The notes below the pieces were generated by a model. That model had not been told where the DNA came from. It searched no databases and worked only from the letters and a program-made list of their open reading frames with translations. From assembly GCA_038321985.1 (NCBI GenBank), contig JBBQFN010000025.1, forward strand, positions 11,140 through 75,139: DNA of 64,000 nt, read 5' to 3'. Of the stretch, positions 32,125-41,868 are shown one piece after another. This DNA is from Cyanophyceae cyanobacterium. Lineage in GTDB: Bacteria; Cyanobacteriota; Cyanobacteriia; Cyanobacteriales; Laspinemataceae. Position numbers and translations under genes: made by a program. Every line of letters starts with the position of its first letter. Position 1 is the stretch's first letter.

Positions 32125-34806
32125 TTAATTAAATTGGGGAGGCAGTTCTGCTGGCGCAAGGGGTTGAGTCTCAAAGAACTTGGGACCCGGTTCTTTAACG
32201 GGTTCTTCGGCTGCATCCGGAGTACCTTCGGGGGTTCCTCCTGGGGCGGATGGATCAACAACGCCACCGGGGAGATTTGCCCCAGGAACTGGGAGTTCTA
32301 AGGGTGCGGGGGGAGGAGGATCATCGCCGCCTGGAGTGGGGGGTGCGGGAATGACCAAGGCGGCGTCTGGAGTCCCGGGTGCGGGGGAAGCTGCCGGGTC
32401 ACCGTTTGCGCCTGGGGCGGTAGCGGTGGTGGGCACCATTGCCGGGGCTTGTGGAATTGCCGGGGGTGGCGGAACCTCGACGGTTTCTGGGGGTGGCGGG
32501 GGCGCTAAAGTTTCGATAATCACCGATCGCTGTTGTTGGTTGCCCTCTTCATCGGTGACAGACAGAGTAATGGTTTCACTGCCCGGTTGTTGACTCACGG
32601 GATAAGGCATTCTCCCTTCTGGGGGGACCGTTCCCGGGGCGGGTAGCAGTTCAACTTTCATCCCGTTCCCCCCTTCTACTTTCCAGGAAATCATCAGGGA
32701 ATTTTGTTGGGGATTGGCCTGCCGCACCAATTTTGGGGGTGCGGGTTGTCCATTAAAGGTAAATTCCATAATCCGCGTCGGAATCTTTTGGGCCAGAATT
32801 TTAAGGGTATTAGTGCGGCTGGTTTCTAATTGTTCCGGTTGTCCTTTTTTGGGGATAACAGTTAGGTGAAAAATATAGTCCCCGGGTTGAATGGCATCGG
32901 TGGGAACATTAGTACAAATCACTTGGAGATTGGCGGGGTTTTTTCCACAAAATCTCCGCAACTCTTCGGGAATTCCATTGGCAAAATTATAGCGCTTTTC
33001 TACACTTTTAACAGTTCCATCTGCACCCAATCCAAGCAAGTTGATTTGTTGAATCTGATCCGGATGAGAAAGCGTCCAATTTAACAGAATTCGCTTACTC
33101 TCGGTGGCAGGGATACCAGATTTTATGGAGTTTGCAAGGGGTAACAAACTCTCTTGGTAGACCGGTTGAGTAGAGGAAAATTCTTCAATTTTGGGTTTAG
33201 GAAGAGGTAAAATCCGAATGGGGTTCGTGCGGATAGTTTGCGTCTCTGCCTTGGGATTAATCGGAATAGCAGTTATTTCAAATACATAATCCCCCTCCTC
33301 CCTGGCGTCAGTCCAAACATTGCGGCAAACCAGTTGTTCCCCTTGGGTACAAAACCGATCTAGGGCATTAGGCAAACCCGGGGTAAATTCGTAAACAAAG
33401 GGTCCACTTTTGACCAGTCCATCGGGAGAAAAACCCACCACTGTTAAGGTTTTGAGGTGATTCGGGTTGGCAATCGTCCAATTCAGGCGGATGGCTTCAT
33501 TATTCAGTTCTTGATAAGAATTGCTTTCCGGGGAAAATTGTACGACTTGCGATCGCACCGGCGGGCGAGTTATCAGCCACCAAATCAGAAAAATTAGGGC
33601 GGCAATACTGGCTGACATGAGGATGACGATGGGCAAAAATTGCCACCAGGGACGCGGTTCCCAAAATAAAGAAGCTTGAAAGCGATCGCTCATTAAGGGG
33701 AACCGCTGAAGGTCTTCGAGTTCAATGCTGAAATTAATCATTCGCCCGAAGAAAGGCCGCCATCCCTTGGTCGGTTTCACCGAAACCCCGACGGTAACGG
33801 AGGTTCCAGGTAAAAGTCGGACTACGGGAGGGGTAATCATATAAGTACAGATGTCCTCCTCATCGGTACTTTTGGCATGGATGGCAACCTCGCGGATGAC
33901 ATTGCCCTGATTAGACAAGCGCAGTTCAAACAGTCCCGCCTCATGCTTAATTTTGGCTACCAGGGAAAGCAGTTCTACGGTGACCAGATGGAGGGAGGCA
34001 ATCTGGAGATAAACGACATCCAGGAGGGCGAGGTCGGGATAGTTAGCGGAGTAAGCCCGGATCGTGGGGGCATACACTCCGGCCCAAGTATCGAGAGGAG
34101 GGCTGATAAACAGCAGGATTTGACCGACATCACCAGGATTGAGTTCGAGACCTTCCTGGGAGGTTACCATGCCCGATTGTTGGAATCCTTCGGGATAGAT
34201 GATCGTAAACCACCGAGATTCCAAGTCCGGACAGGTCAGAAAAAAGCGGTCTACCCGGTCGGAACGGTTATGAACCGTGACCTGGATTTCCAGGGGTTGT
34301 CCTGGTGACAGGAGGGCGGGGGAAACGGAACTGGTGGGAGGTTGGAGGATAAAGGTTGGGTCACTGACGGTCCGCGCTTCTTGAATGAAGGGCATGACCT
34401 GTAGTCGAACCTTCTGGTCAATGGGGGTTTGTTCGGGGTAATGTTGGGGCGCATCAATGACCAGGGTATAGTCATAGGTTCCGGGGATGGCATCTACGGG
34501 AATCTGCACCTGAAAGACGATTTCACTGGCTTGTCCGGGACTTAAAGCTAGTCGTTCCCGAGGACAAACGAACCACTGATGAACGGGTTGCGAAGTTTCT
34601 GCGATGAAAACATCAATGATGGCACTGACGGAACCTTGATTGGTGATGGTTGCGGTCAGTTCTAAGACTTCTCCAGCGGTAACTAAAGCAACGCCTGCGG
34701 GATTGAGGATAATCCCAATCGGACGAATCATCAGGCGATCGCCGTTATTCTCTTCAAATCCATTGATGATCTGCCCCGATTTGGGGGTATAACCTTGCAT
34801 GACCAT
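32125..34806 (-). CDS. CIS-associated single-pass membrane protein: 3 N-terminal Ig-like repeats, TM, Cys-paired beta domains, Pro-rich tail
   Basis: Repeats of PG...V.V.N.(G/S)...W...L.PG. TM WWQFLPIVILMSASIAALIFLIWWLI. Two LNWT...FC...VC.NV...GDY.F domains and a Pro/Ala/Gly-rich C-terminus. Confidence 0.75.
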   Translation of the reverse strand: MVMQGYTPKSGQIINGFEENNGDRLMIRPIGIILNPAGVALVTAGEVLELTATITNQGSVSAIIDVFIAETSQPVHQWFVCPRERLALSPGQASEIVFQVQIPVDAIPGTYDYTLVIDAPQHYPEQTPIDQKVRLQVMPFIQEARTVSDPTFILQPPTSSVSPALLSPGQPLEIQVTVHNRSDRVDRFFLTCPDLESRWFTIIYPEGFQQSGMVTSQEGLELNPGDVGQILLFISPPLDTWAGVYAPTIRAYSANYPDLALLDVVYLQIASLHLVTVELLSLVAKIKHEAGLFELRLSNQGNVIREVAIHAKSTDEEDICTYMITPPVVRLLPGTSVTVGVSVKPTKGWRPFFGRMINFSIELEDLQRFPLMSDRFQASLFWEPRPWWQFLPIVILMSASIAALIFLIWWLITRPPVRSQVVQFSPESNSYQELNNEAIRLNWTIANPNHLKTLTVVGFSPDGLVKSGPFVYEFTPGLPNALDRFCTQGEQLVCRNVWTDAREEGDYVFEITAIPINPKAETQTIRTNPIRILPLPKPKIEEFSSTQPVYQESLLPLANSIKSGIPATESKRILLNWTLSHPDQIQQINLLGLGADGTVKSVEKRYNFANGIPEELRRFCGKNPANLQVICTNVPTDAIQPGDYIFHLTVIPKKGQPEQLETSRTNTLKILAQKIPTRIMEFTFNGQPAPPKLVRQANPQQNSLMISWKVEGGNGMKVELLPAPGTVPPEGRMPYPVSQQPGSETITLSVTDEEGNQQQRSVIIETLAPPPPPETVEVPPPPAIPQAPAMVPTTATAPGANGDPAASPAPGTPDAALVIPAPPTPGGDDPPPPAPLELPVPGANLPGGVVDPSAPGGTPEGTPDAAEEPVKEPGPKFFETQPLAPAELPPQFN

Positions 34807-34854
34807 TGTTCTGCTCCTCTTAATCCCTCTATTGGCCTGAAATAGTGAGTCTAA

Positions 34855-37104
34855 TTACCGCCTTGCTCCACCCCCATCTTCTAAATCACATCCCAAGTTA
34901 GGTAATCGTGGATGAGATTCTACCCGGACCTCTTGTGTATCATCAGTACCTGCCGCGATGAGCAGATGGTCATTAACTACTTTGATATCGACGCTCTTCC
35001 AGTTTCTATTTTTGGCCTGGATAATTTGCTCTCCCTGGGGTTGGGCACGGCTGCCATCGGTGTTAAGCGGCCATAACATGACTCTGCCATCATCGCCGCC
35101 ACTGACCAGGTAACAGCCATCTTCGCTCAAGGCGACCGATCGCACAGGTTGGCCGTTGTGAGCGTCATCCCATTGTTCGATTCTTTGGCAATCTGCACCC
35201 CCGTTCAAACAGGCCGGCTGCATATTCCATACCGTAATATACCCGTGAGTATCAGCAGTCACCAGCAGGTTGGGATTGAACTCCGCCGTATCTAGACTGT
35301 TAATATAAGCATCCTTTCCTCCTTCCCGGTATGGCACAACCGTTTCGGTATTCTCTGGCCAATTCCACAACACCAACTGATTCAACTGCCCCGCCACGGC
35401 TAACGTGCGATCATCATTACCCACAAATTTCAGGGCATACACGGCGAAGTTAAATTGTTTGATCAGGTTGGGTGCGATCGCCTCGGAAGTTGCCCCCGAG
35501 CGTTCCACGTCTCTCAAGTCCCATTGTAAGACCGCCCCACTGCCATGACCGCTAAATAAGGAGCGAGAATCCTGGGTAAATTCTAAGGCAAATACCCGGT
35601 TATCTTTTTGATAGACAAAGGACTGAAATGGGTCTGATCGGTTATCGGTTAAATTCCAGAGATTAATTTCCCCATTTTCTAATCCAGTTGCCACCCAATT
35701 ATTGTTGACCGGGCGAAACTCAACAACCCTCACCGCTTTTTCGCCCGTAGGGGCAATTGACCAATCGCCCTGCTTTTGAAAGGAACGAGTCAGCCATGGC
35801 CAGAATTGATTCCTTTTATTGGGGAATTTCCGCAGTTCTGGGTTGACGATGGGGTTAAAAAATCCCTGGATATTCCATTCGATGAGGGTTTGGTCATTGG
35901 AACCGCTCATGAGTCTTTCCCCCACCCCATTAAATTTTACGGTGTTGACGGGTTGATGATGTCCAAAAAAGGGATTTCTGGGATTGAGCCAGGATAACCA
36001 CCAGAGAAGATAAAGGAGGAAGAGTCCGCCTAAGAGTTGTAACGCTAGGGGGAGGACCGGTTTAACCACTAATTCTAGGGTTTGACGTTCATTGCGGGTA
36101 TCCACCCGGCGATCGGACCAAATCCCCGTCAATTCTAAGAGAAGTTTACGATTTCTGCCGAACCAGGGCCGCTTTTTACGGGCAGTTAATAGGAATTCGA
36201 CTGTTTCTTCTGGGGCGATCGCACTCGCTTCGGGGATGAGGGTTAAGTCGCATTCCGGGGGGTTGTCTCCGGCAAGTTCTACGGTTGCTTCCTGGTTTAA
36301 ATTGCTGGCATTTGTGGCTTCGAGGCTGTAGATAACCGGGGGAGACTGCCAAAATTTCCAAGCTCGTTTATGGGGAATGGTTAGTTTTTTAGGAGTGGCA
36401 TTCAAGTCTAGAAACCCCATTGGCATCAGTTCCAGAGTGCCGCTGACTTCAGAGGCAGGGCCATTATTATGGGTGGCTTCAATGATGAACAGATAAGCTT
36501 GACTCGGAGCTATCGCACCAAAGGGGGGTTGATAGGTAAAGGTGGTTTCGACCGATTTACCCGGAGGCACTTGTAACCGTCGTTCCCCGGAAAGGGGGAG
36601 CCATCTGGGGTCGATCGCCTTCTCCGTAAGCAGAGCATTGCTCAGGAGTTGACCCGGGTTATAAACCCGCACCGGCACTTCGAGGCGACTCCCGGGATTG
36701 ATTTGAAATTGTTTAACCGGGAGTTCCAGTTGCAACAGCGTCGCGCCCGTCCCCCGTTCGACGACTAAACGTAGAATTTCCCGGGCTTCATCCGGCAGTT
36801 CCATCGAAAAGACACGCACTCGGATATTCATCATGCCCACAAATCCCGGAACAGGGGTATCCAGAATAGAGACATGAAACCGCGTGGCCGCACCCGGGGG
36901 TTTTTTGCTGCTGGCAGTGGGGGAGATGTTGTACCAGTCGCCATTACGATTGACGGCAGCACCTGCGGCAATGAGTTCGACTTGGAAGCTGGCAAAGCGA
37001 TCGCTGCCATTCACGACCGTGACTTCAAACGAGACGGGTACTCCTCCGGGTTCAAAATGGAGTTCTTTCGTTGAGACAATTGTATTAATTACTGTAGTTG
37101 CCAT
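34855..37104 (-). CDS. CIS-associated single-pass membrane protein: 3 Ig-like repeats, TM, WD40 propeller
   Basis: TM LPLALQLLGGLFLLYLLWWLSWL. WD40 motifs GH..PVNTVKF...SGSNDQTL..W, LFSGHGSGAVLQWD and LVSGGDDGRVMLWP. Confidence 0.8.
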   Translation of the reverse strand: MATTVINTIVSTKELHFEPGGVPVSFEVTVVNGSDRFASFQVELIAAGAAVNRNGDWYNISPTASSKKPPGAATRFHVSILDTPVPGFVGMMNIRVRVFSMELPDEAREILRLVVERGTGATLLQLELPVKQFQINPGSRLEVPVRVYNPGQLLSNALLTEKAIDPRWLPLSGERRLQVPPGKSVETTFTYQPPFGAIAPSQAYLFIIEATHNNGPASEVSGTLELMPMGFLDLNATPKKLTIPHKRAWKFWQSPPVIYSLEATNASNLNQEATVELAGDNPPECDLTLIPEASAIAPEETVEFLLTARKKRPWFGRNRKLLLELTGIWSDRRVDTRNERQTLELVVKPVLPLALQLLGGLFLLYLLWWLSWLNPRNPFFGHHQPVNTVKFNGVGERLMSGSNDQTLIEWNIQGFFNPIVNPELRKFPNKRNQFWPWLTRSFQKQGDWSIAPTGEKAVRVVEFRPVNNNWVATGLENGEINLWNLTDNRSDPFQSFVYQKDNRVFALEFTQDSRSLFSGHGSGAVLQWDLRDVERSGATSEAIAPNLIKQFNFAVYALKFVGNDDRTLAVAGQLNQLVLWNWPENTETVVPYREGGKDAYINSLDTAEFNPNLLVTADTHGYITVWNMQPACLNGGADCQRIEQWDDAHNGQPVRSVALSEDGCYLVSGGDDGRVMLWPLNTDGSRAQPQGEQIIQAKNRNWKSVDIKVVNDHLLIAAGTDDTQEVRVESHPRLPNLGCDLEDGGGARR

Positions 37105-37134
37105 ACTCTTGCTTTTGTCTCTTAATAATATAAA

Positions 37135-39054
37135 TTACAAGCCAAACAAAGTTGACATTCGGTTGCGAATCCACCCTAAAGGGTTTTGATTGAATCCTTC
37201 TTCATCATCCAATAAACCCATTTTTTGTAGCAGTTCTTTTCTCGATTCTAGTTCAGCTTTGTGTTCATGCAAAGCTTGGGCAATTTGTTCGGCCAAATCT
37301 TTGTAATTTCTTAAGAGCTTTTGCAACCCTTCGCGATCGAGCACAAATAAAACCGTATCTTCTCGGGTGCGAACCGTCGCCGTTCGGGGAATTCCTAGCA
37401 GTAAGGAAAGTTCACCAAAAAAAGTACCCACACCTAAATTAGTGAGAAATTTATCAATTTTTTCCACAAAAATTTCCACTGACCCTTCCAGAATAATATA
37501 AAAGGCATCTCCCGGTTCATCTTCTCGGCAAACATATTCCCCAGGATACAAAATTTTACGATATCCCATCTCAATTAACTGTTGAATTTCGGCATTGCTG
37601 AAACTGTGAAAATAAGAGACTTTTTTTAATAATTCGGCAATATCTATTTTTTTAAATTCTTCAGCTTTACTGCGAGTCCGCTTAGATTTAACCAGCAATT
37701 GTTCAAAGTAGTTGCTGTCGCTCATCTGCGTTAATAGCATGGCTTTTTTAGCTTTGTCAGTCTCGGTTTGTAGTAAACTTAACTGGTCTTTAAACCCTTG
37801 CTCACGGGCATAAATTTTGTTCGCCATATCTTGAAAGATCCGGGCCAATTCACCTACTTCATCAGAACGGTTGGTGACCTTAGTCAAACTGTTGGGGTCA
37901 AAATTGCCTAATTCGATATCATAGGCGGTGGCACTGAGTCGTAAGAGGGGTTGAATCAACCATTTGGCGATCGCAATCCCTAAGAGGGTCGCCACCACCA
38001 ATGCGGCGAGTGAAAGGACAACCGTATTGCGAGTATTTTCATAGATATACCCCATAAAATCTGATTCTGGGACGATCGCCACCACCAGCCAATCTAGACC
38101 CCTTGCATTCTGGATAGGATTCACCGCCACCAGTTGCATTTTGCCATTCAGGGAAAATTTAAAATTCTCCGGAGTCTGAATACTATCGAGATTGTTATAT
38201 CGTGCTAATAATTCCCGTGCAGTGCCTTGAATTGTCGGATTGACACTATCAACCGCTAACAGTCGGTTTGGATTTTCAGGAGAGTCTGTTTGTCCGGCTT
38301 CCCCTTCAACTAACAGATTTTCAACCACCGAACTCGCTACAATAGTTCCTGAGCGTTCTACAATAAAAGCGGCCCCGGCGGGAGAAATTTCTAAATTGTT
38401 TAAAAAGTCACTCAATTGACCCAGGGAAATATTAATAGCAAACACCCCTTCCAGGTTTCCCCCAGGCTGATAAACGGGCGCAACGGCTGTAATTCCTAGG
38501 ACATCTTGGGACTGAAACTTATAGATAGGACTCCAGGTGATTTGACCCAAGGTTTTGGCCTTCTGATACCAGGGTCGCACGCGCGGATCGTACTCCCCAA
38601 CGCTAATTTCACCGAGTCGATTCCCTTGCTTATCCAGTTCATAAGTTCTGCGGGAGGAACCCGACTCCTCCTGACGAATCCGCAGCACTCGTTTGCCATC
38701 CTCTAGTAAATTAATTCCCACAAACTCTCCAGCTTCATTTCCATAATAAGAATAAATGATGGAATCATCCCAAAGCATTTGGTGCCAAAAGTAGCGTTCT
38801 AATTGTCCAAAGTCTTCTACATTTAAGTTGTCACTGCCAATAGCAGCTAAGGTCAACTCATGGAAAACTTGGGGTTGTTTCATATAGGTTAAGACTTCGG
38901 ATTCAATGCGATGGCTGACTTCGCCGCTTAACTTGCGAACTAGCATCTCAACCGACTGCCGTCCACTGCGAAACGAGAGCCATCCGGTTACACCGACGGC
39001 GACAAAAATTGGAAAAACGATTAGGGCCGGTAGAACTTTGCGGATTGAAACCAT
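37135..39054 (-). CDS. Membrane sensor: TM-dCache-TM-HAMP-cyclic nucleotide-binding domain
   Basis: dCache YDPRVRPWYQKAK...WSPIY. HAMP QPLLRLS...DEVGELARIFQDM. CNBD EDEPGDAFYIILEGSVEI...FFGELSLL.GIPRTATV. Confidence 0.88.
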   Translation of the reverse strand: MVSIRKVLPALIVFPIFVAVGVTGWLSFRSGRQSVEMLVRKLSGEVSHRIESEVLTYMKQPQVFHELTLAAIGSDNLNVEDFGQLERYFWHQMLWDDSIIYSYYGNEAGEFVGINLLEDGKRVLRIRQEESGSSRRTYELDKQGNRLGEISVGEYDPRVRPWYQKAKTLGQITWSPIYKFQSQDVLGITAVAPVYQPGGNLEGVFAINISLGQLSDFLNNLEISPAGAAFIVERSGTIVASSVVENLLVEGEAGQTDSPENPNRLLAVDSVNPTIQGTARELLARYNNLDSIQTPENFKFSLNGKMQLVAVNPIQNARGLDWLVVAIVPESDFMGYIYENTRNTVVLSLAALVVATLLGIAIAKWLIQPLLRLSATAYDIELGNFDPNSLTKVTNRSDEVGELARIFQDMANKIYAREQGFKDQLSLLQTETDKAKKAMLLTQMSDSNYFEQLLVKSKRTRSKAEEFKKIDIAELLKKVSYFHSFSNAEIQQLIEMGYRKILYPGEYVCREDEPGDAFYIILEGSVEIFVEKIDKFLTNLGVGTFFGELSLLLGIPRTATVRTREDTVLFVLDREGLQKLLRNYKDLAEQIAQALHEHKAELESRKELLQKMGLLDDEEGFNQNPLGWIRNRMSTLFGL

Positions 39055-39167
39055 CTTTTTTCCCCTTATCTAGTCGGGTTCTCATGGGTCAAGTGTCATT
39101 TACCCTATGTGGTTTGTCATTTGTCATTTAAGGACTAAGGACCAATGACCAACAACAAATCCACATA

Positions 39168-40619
39168 TCAAATTGAATCGGGGAGTTGGGTTAGTGGGAA
39201 TTCCTGGGCTTTTTGTAATTGGGTAAGTTTCCGACGGGTGCGGGCATAATGTAAAATATTAATGCCCATTTCCTGGGCCGTACGGATGGTTTCTCTCCCT
39301 AATGAGAGATTGGGATCTAATCCCCAAGCCGCGGATAAGTTCCCGATGAAAATTATGATTCCTCCCCCAGCTAATATTTTCAAGGTTTGTCCATTGACTG
39401 TCGGTAAGGCTGAAAATAGAAAAGGTTGAGTTCTCAGGGGGTGATTCCTGCTGAGGTTATCCAAGTCTTCTAAAGGGATTCCTAAGTCTCGGGCGAATTT
39501 TTTAAAAGCGGAAGATAGAGTATTAATTTCTTCGCTCAAGGCGCTTTTAATCGAGATTAATTCTTCTTCTAGGGATTTTTTAAGTTCGAGTTGATTCACC
39601 AATTGTTCATTCCGAGAAGCAGAAGCGGTTTTGCCCGGGAATTCGTTGGGTTCTTTGGGAACACTCAGACTGATTTCCAGCCGAGAAATTGCCTCTTGTA
39701 ATTGATGCTGCAATCCAATTAATTCCTCAACTTTTGTCCCCTTAATCGATGCCTCTACCAACAGCACTCCTCCCATTTCTATATACTGCCCTAAAAGGTC
39801 AAATTCTCCGGGAGTCAGAGAGAGAGAGGGTTGGGTTTTAAAATACAAGACATCGTAGGTAATTAAGTCATTAATCTCCGAGGATGACTGCAAGGTAAAT
39901 TGTCCGATTTCATTTAACCCTTGCCAAACGGGATAAAGACCTGCGATCGCCTGACTCAGATAAGCCAAATTAGCATAAATCTGAGCATCTTCTGGAGTAT
40001 TTTTAACCACTTGTGCCAACCGGACCACCGCCTGGGTTCGCGTATTTGCTTGGGGTCGATACCGTAAATCTAACTGATTCACCCCAGGAAACCAAGCCTC
40101 TAAAGCGATAGAAAATTCCACCTCTCCCGGTTGCAATAAAATTCGACAAAGTTCCACCTCCCACTCGGCTGGGGGGCTATTTTTTTCATCAATTCTAAAA
40201 GATTCGGTAACAATATCTGAAGTACCATTTTCCTCCCGCACCAATCCATCCGGATCTACATAACTGACGACGAGATAAACCATCAACGGTTTTCCCATCA
40301 GCGCGGTAGAAGTAATCCGAAAATCAATCGGTTCGGGAATCACAACCAAATTCCCAAACAAATCAATGGCAATTCCCGGCTGAATTTGCACCCATCGTTT
40401 ATCTCGATATGCTGAGGGAATATCATTAGGTGGGTCAATTAACCGCACCCCCATATCACTGACAATTCCCGGTTGATTTAAGGATTGAAAATGAGCATTT
40501 TGGCGATGACGGTGGTAGTCATGAGCCAAGCGCCATCGTTCGGCATCAATTAACAGTCCATCGCTCACGTGTAGCCGATTTAAAGGTTTGATATTGGGAG
40601 GGAGCCAAGGGAGTGTCAT
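39168..40619 (-). CDS. CIS fibre-like protein: baseplate-attachment N-domain plus DUF4159-like C-domain
   Basis: The N-terminus RLHVSDGLLIDAERW..AHDYHR.RQ..H...L.QPGIV..MGV...IQPGIAID.FG resembles eCIS fibre shoulder domains. The C-terminus has L.QYIEMGGVLLVE...HPL...PF.F...A.EMGINILHYA. Confidence 0.7.
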   Translation of the reverse strand: MTLPWLPPNIKPLNRLHVSDGLLIDAERWRLAHDYHRHRQNAHFQSLNQPGIVSDMGVRLIDPPNDIPSAYRDKRWVQIQPGIAIDLFGNLVVIPEPIDFRITSTALMGKPLMVYLVVSYVDPDGLVREENGTSDIVTESFRIDEKNSPPAEWEVELCRILLQPGEVEFSIALEAWFPGVNQLDLRYRPQANTRTQAVVRLAQVVKNTPEDAQIYANLAYLSQAIAGLYPVWQGLNEIGQFTLQSSSEINDLITYDVLYFKTQPSLSLTPGEFDLLGQYIEMGGVLLVEASIKGTKVEELIGLQHQLQEAISRLEISLSVPKEPNEFPGKTASASRNEQLVNQLELKKSLEEELISIKSALSEEINTLSSAFKKFARDLGIPLEDLDNLSRNHPLRTQPFLFSALPTVNGQTLKILAGGGIIIFIGNLSAAWGLDPNLSLGRETIRTAQEMGINILHYARTRRKLTQLQKAQEFPLTQLPDSI

Positions 40620-40696
40620 GTTAGGAATTCACCAGATTAAGGGTTAGAATAAGCAGTTGGGCCTCTAAATTAGGCCGGAATCTTACCCCCATTGCC

Positions 40697-40772
40697 TCTG
40701 TAGGGGCGATTCGAGAATCGCCGGACAATTAATTGATAACCGATTTAAATGTCTGTAGGGGCGATTCGAGAA
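40697..40772. repeat. Two direct copies of the GTAG-type REP TCTGTAGGGGCGATTCGAGAA
   Basis: Identical 21-mers at 40697-40717 and 40752-40772. The first completes the hairpin GGCGATTC-GA-GAATCGCC. Confidence 0.8.
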
Positions 40773-41830
40773 AGGGAATTAATGGGATTGATATACAAAT
40801 CATAAGTACAAAATGCTGGTTTTTCTTGTTCAATAATTTTCCGAACCAGTCTCTCATCAATTTGGTTGGGATAGTCGGGTCGCAGTTTGACAATAAAATG
40901 ATAGGGTTGTCCACCCCCGATGCTCGTATCTTCTCCCAAGCGACTTCTTCCGATTACTAATCCCTGGGTGAAAACTTCCTGAATACTAATATGTTTTTCA
41001 TCTTCTGGAAGATGGTCATCCAGGGGCAAATTGGTATAAAGATAGAGATAAAAGCGCAATCCCCGACGAGTGCCGCGCCAACGATAGAGTTCGATCGCAT
41101 ACCGGATTAAATAGCGCTGTTGGGTCAGACTCAGATGGGGGTCAATTTCCCACCCTACCCAGTACGCCAAAAAGGGTAATAAGCTTTCCGGGGCCATGAG
41201 GGGGTCAACATAAGCCCAAATTGCATCCATGGCCTGAACCGTCGGTTCAAAACTCTGCTCAAAAATAGAGAGCAATCGACCGATGAAGTCTACTTCCTGG
41301 TAGAGTTCGGGTAAAAATTCCAGGTAGAGACTCCGGGGACGCAAGTAGAGGCTGAAGGCAGCGGAATCATGATGTTCTTGGGTCCGATTTTCTTCGATGC
41401 AAGAGACGCCAAAGCGGCCCTGAAAATCCAAAAGAGCCGGATTGGTACTGACAATCTCTGGGCTCTCGAAGAAGTTGGGGGGAACGTTGAAGTAGAGGAC
41501 CGCTTCCATCTTGCCTCCCGGAGGCAGTTCGTGACCTTCGGTTCCCAGTTGACACCACTCAGGGGGAAAATTGCCCGTCACGGTAGCATTGACTTGGAGG
41601 GTGCGATCGCCAATATTTTCTAGCTTGACCAGAATTTCGCTGGGTTCTCCCGGATGCAACAGGAGGTCACACCGATTTCTGAGGGGTGGCAAGGCACTCC
41701 TGAGCGATCGCCCCCCTTCGGCAATCTCCACGGCTTCATGCCACCGTCCCACCGGCTGAGTCGGTGCTTCTGGCACTTGCATGGGCAGCAATTGCAGTTT
41801 TAGTGGGAGTAGGTCACGGGCTTGAGTCAT
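40745..41830 (-). CDS. CIS baseplate wedge / phage tail protein I (P2 gpI-like) with N-terminal Ig-like domain
   Basis: YLEFLPELYQEVDFIGRLLSIFE, DPLMAPESLLPFLAYWVG, AIELYRWRGTRRGL, IIEQEKPAFCTY. ATG at 41830 (alternative GTG at 41863). Confidence 0.88.
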   Translation of the reverse strand: MTQARDLLPLKLQLLPMQVPEAPTQPVGRWHEAVEIAEGGRSLRSALPPLRNRCDLLLHPGEPSEILVKLENIGDRTLQVNATVTGNFPPEWCQLGTEGHELPPGGKMEAVLYFNVPPNFFESPEIVSTNPALLDFQGRFGVSCIEENRTQEHHDSAAFSLYLRPRSLYLEFLPELYQEVDFIGRLLSIFEQSFEPTVQAMDAIWAYVDPLMAPESLLPFLAYWVGWEIDPHLSLTQQRYLIRYAIELYRWRGTRRGLRFYLYLYTNLPLDDHLPEDEKHISIQEVFTQGLVIGRSRLGEDTSIGGGQPYHFIVKLRPDYPNQIDERLVRKIIEQEKPAFCTYDLYINPINSLSRIAPTDI

Positions 41831-41868
41831 GAGGGTTAAACTACGGATTGCACGGATTTTCACTGAGC

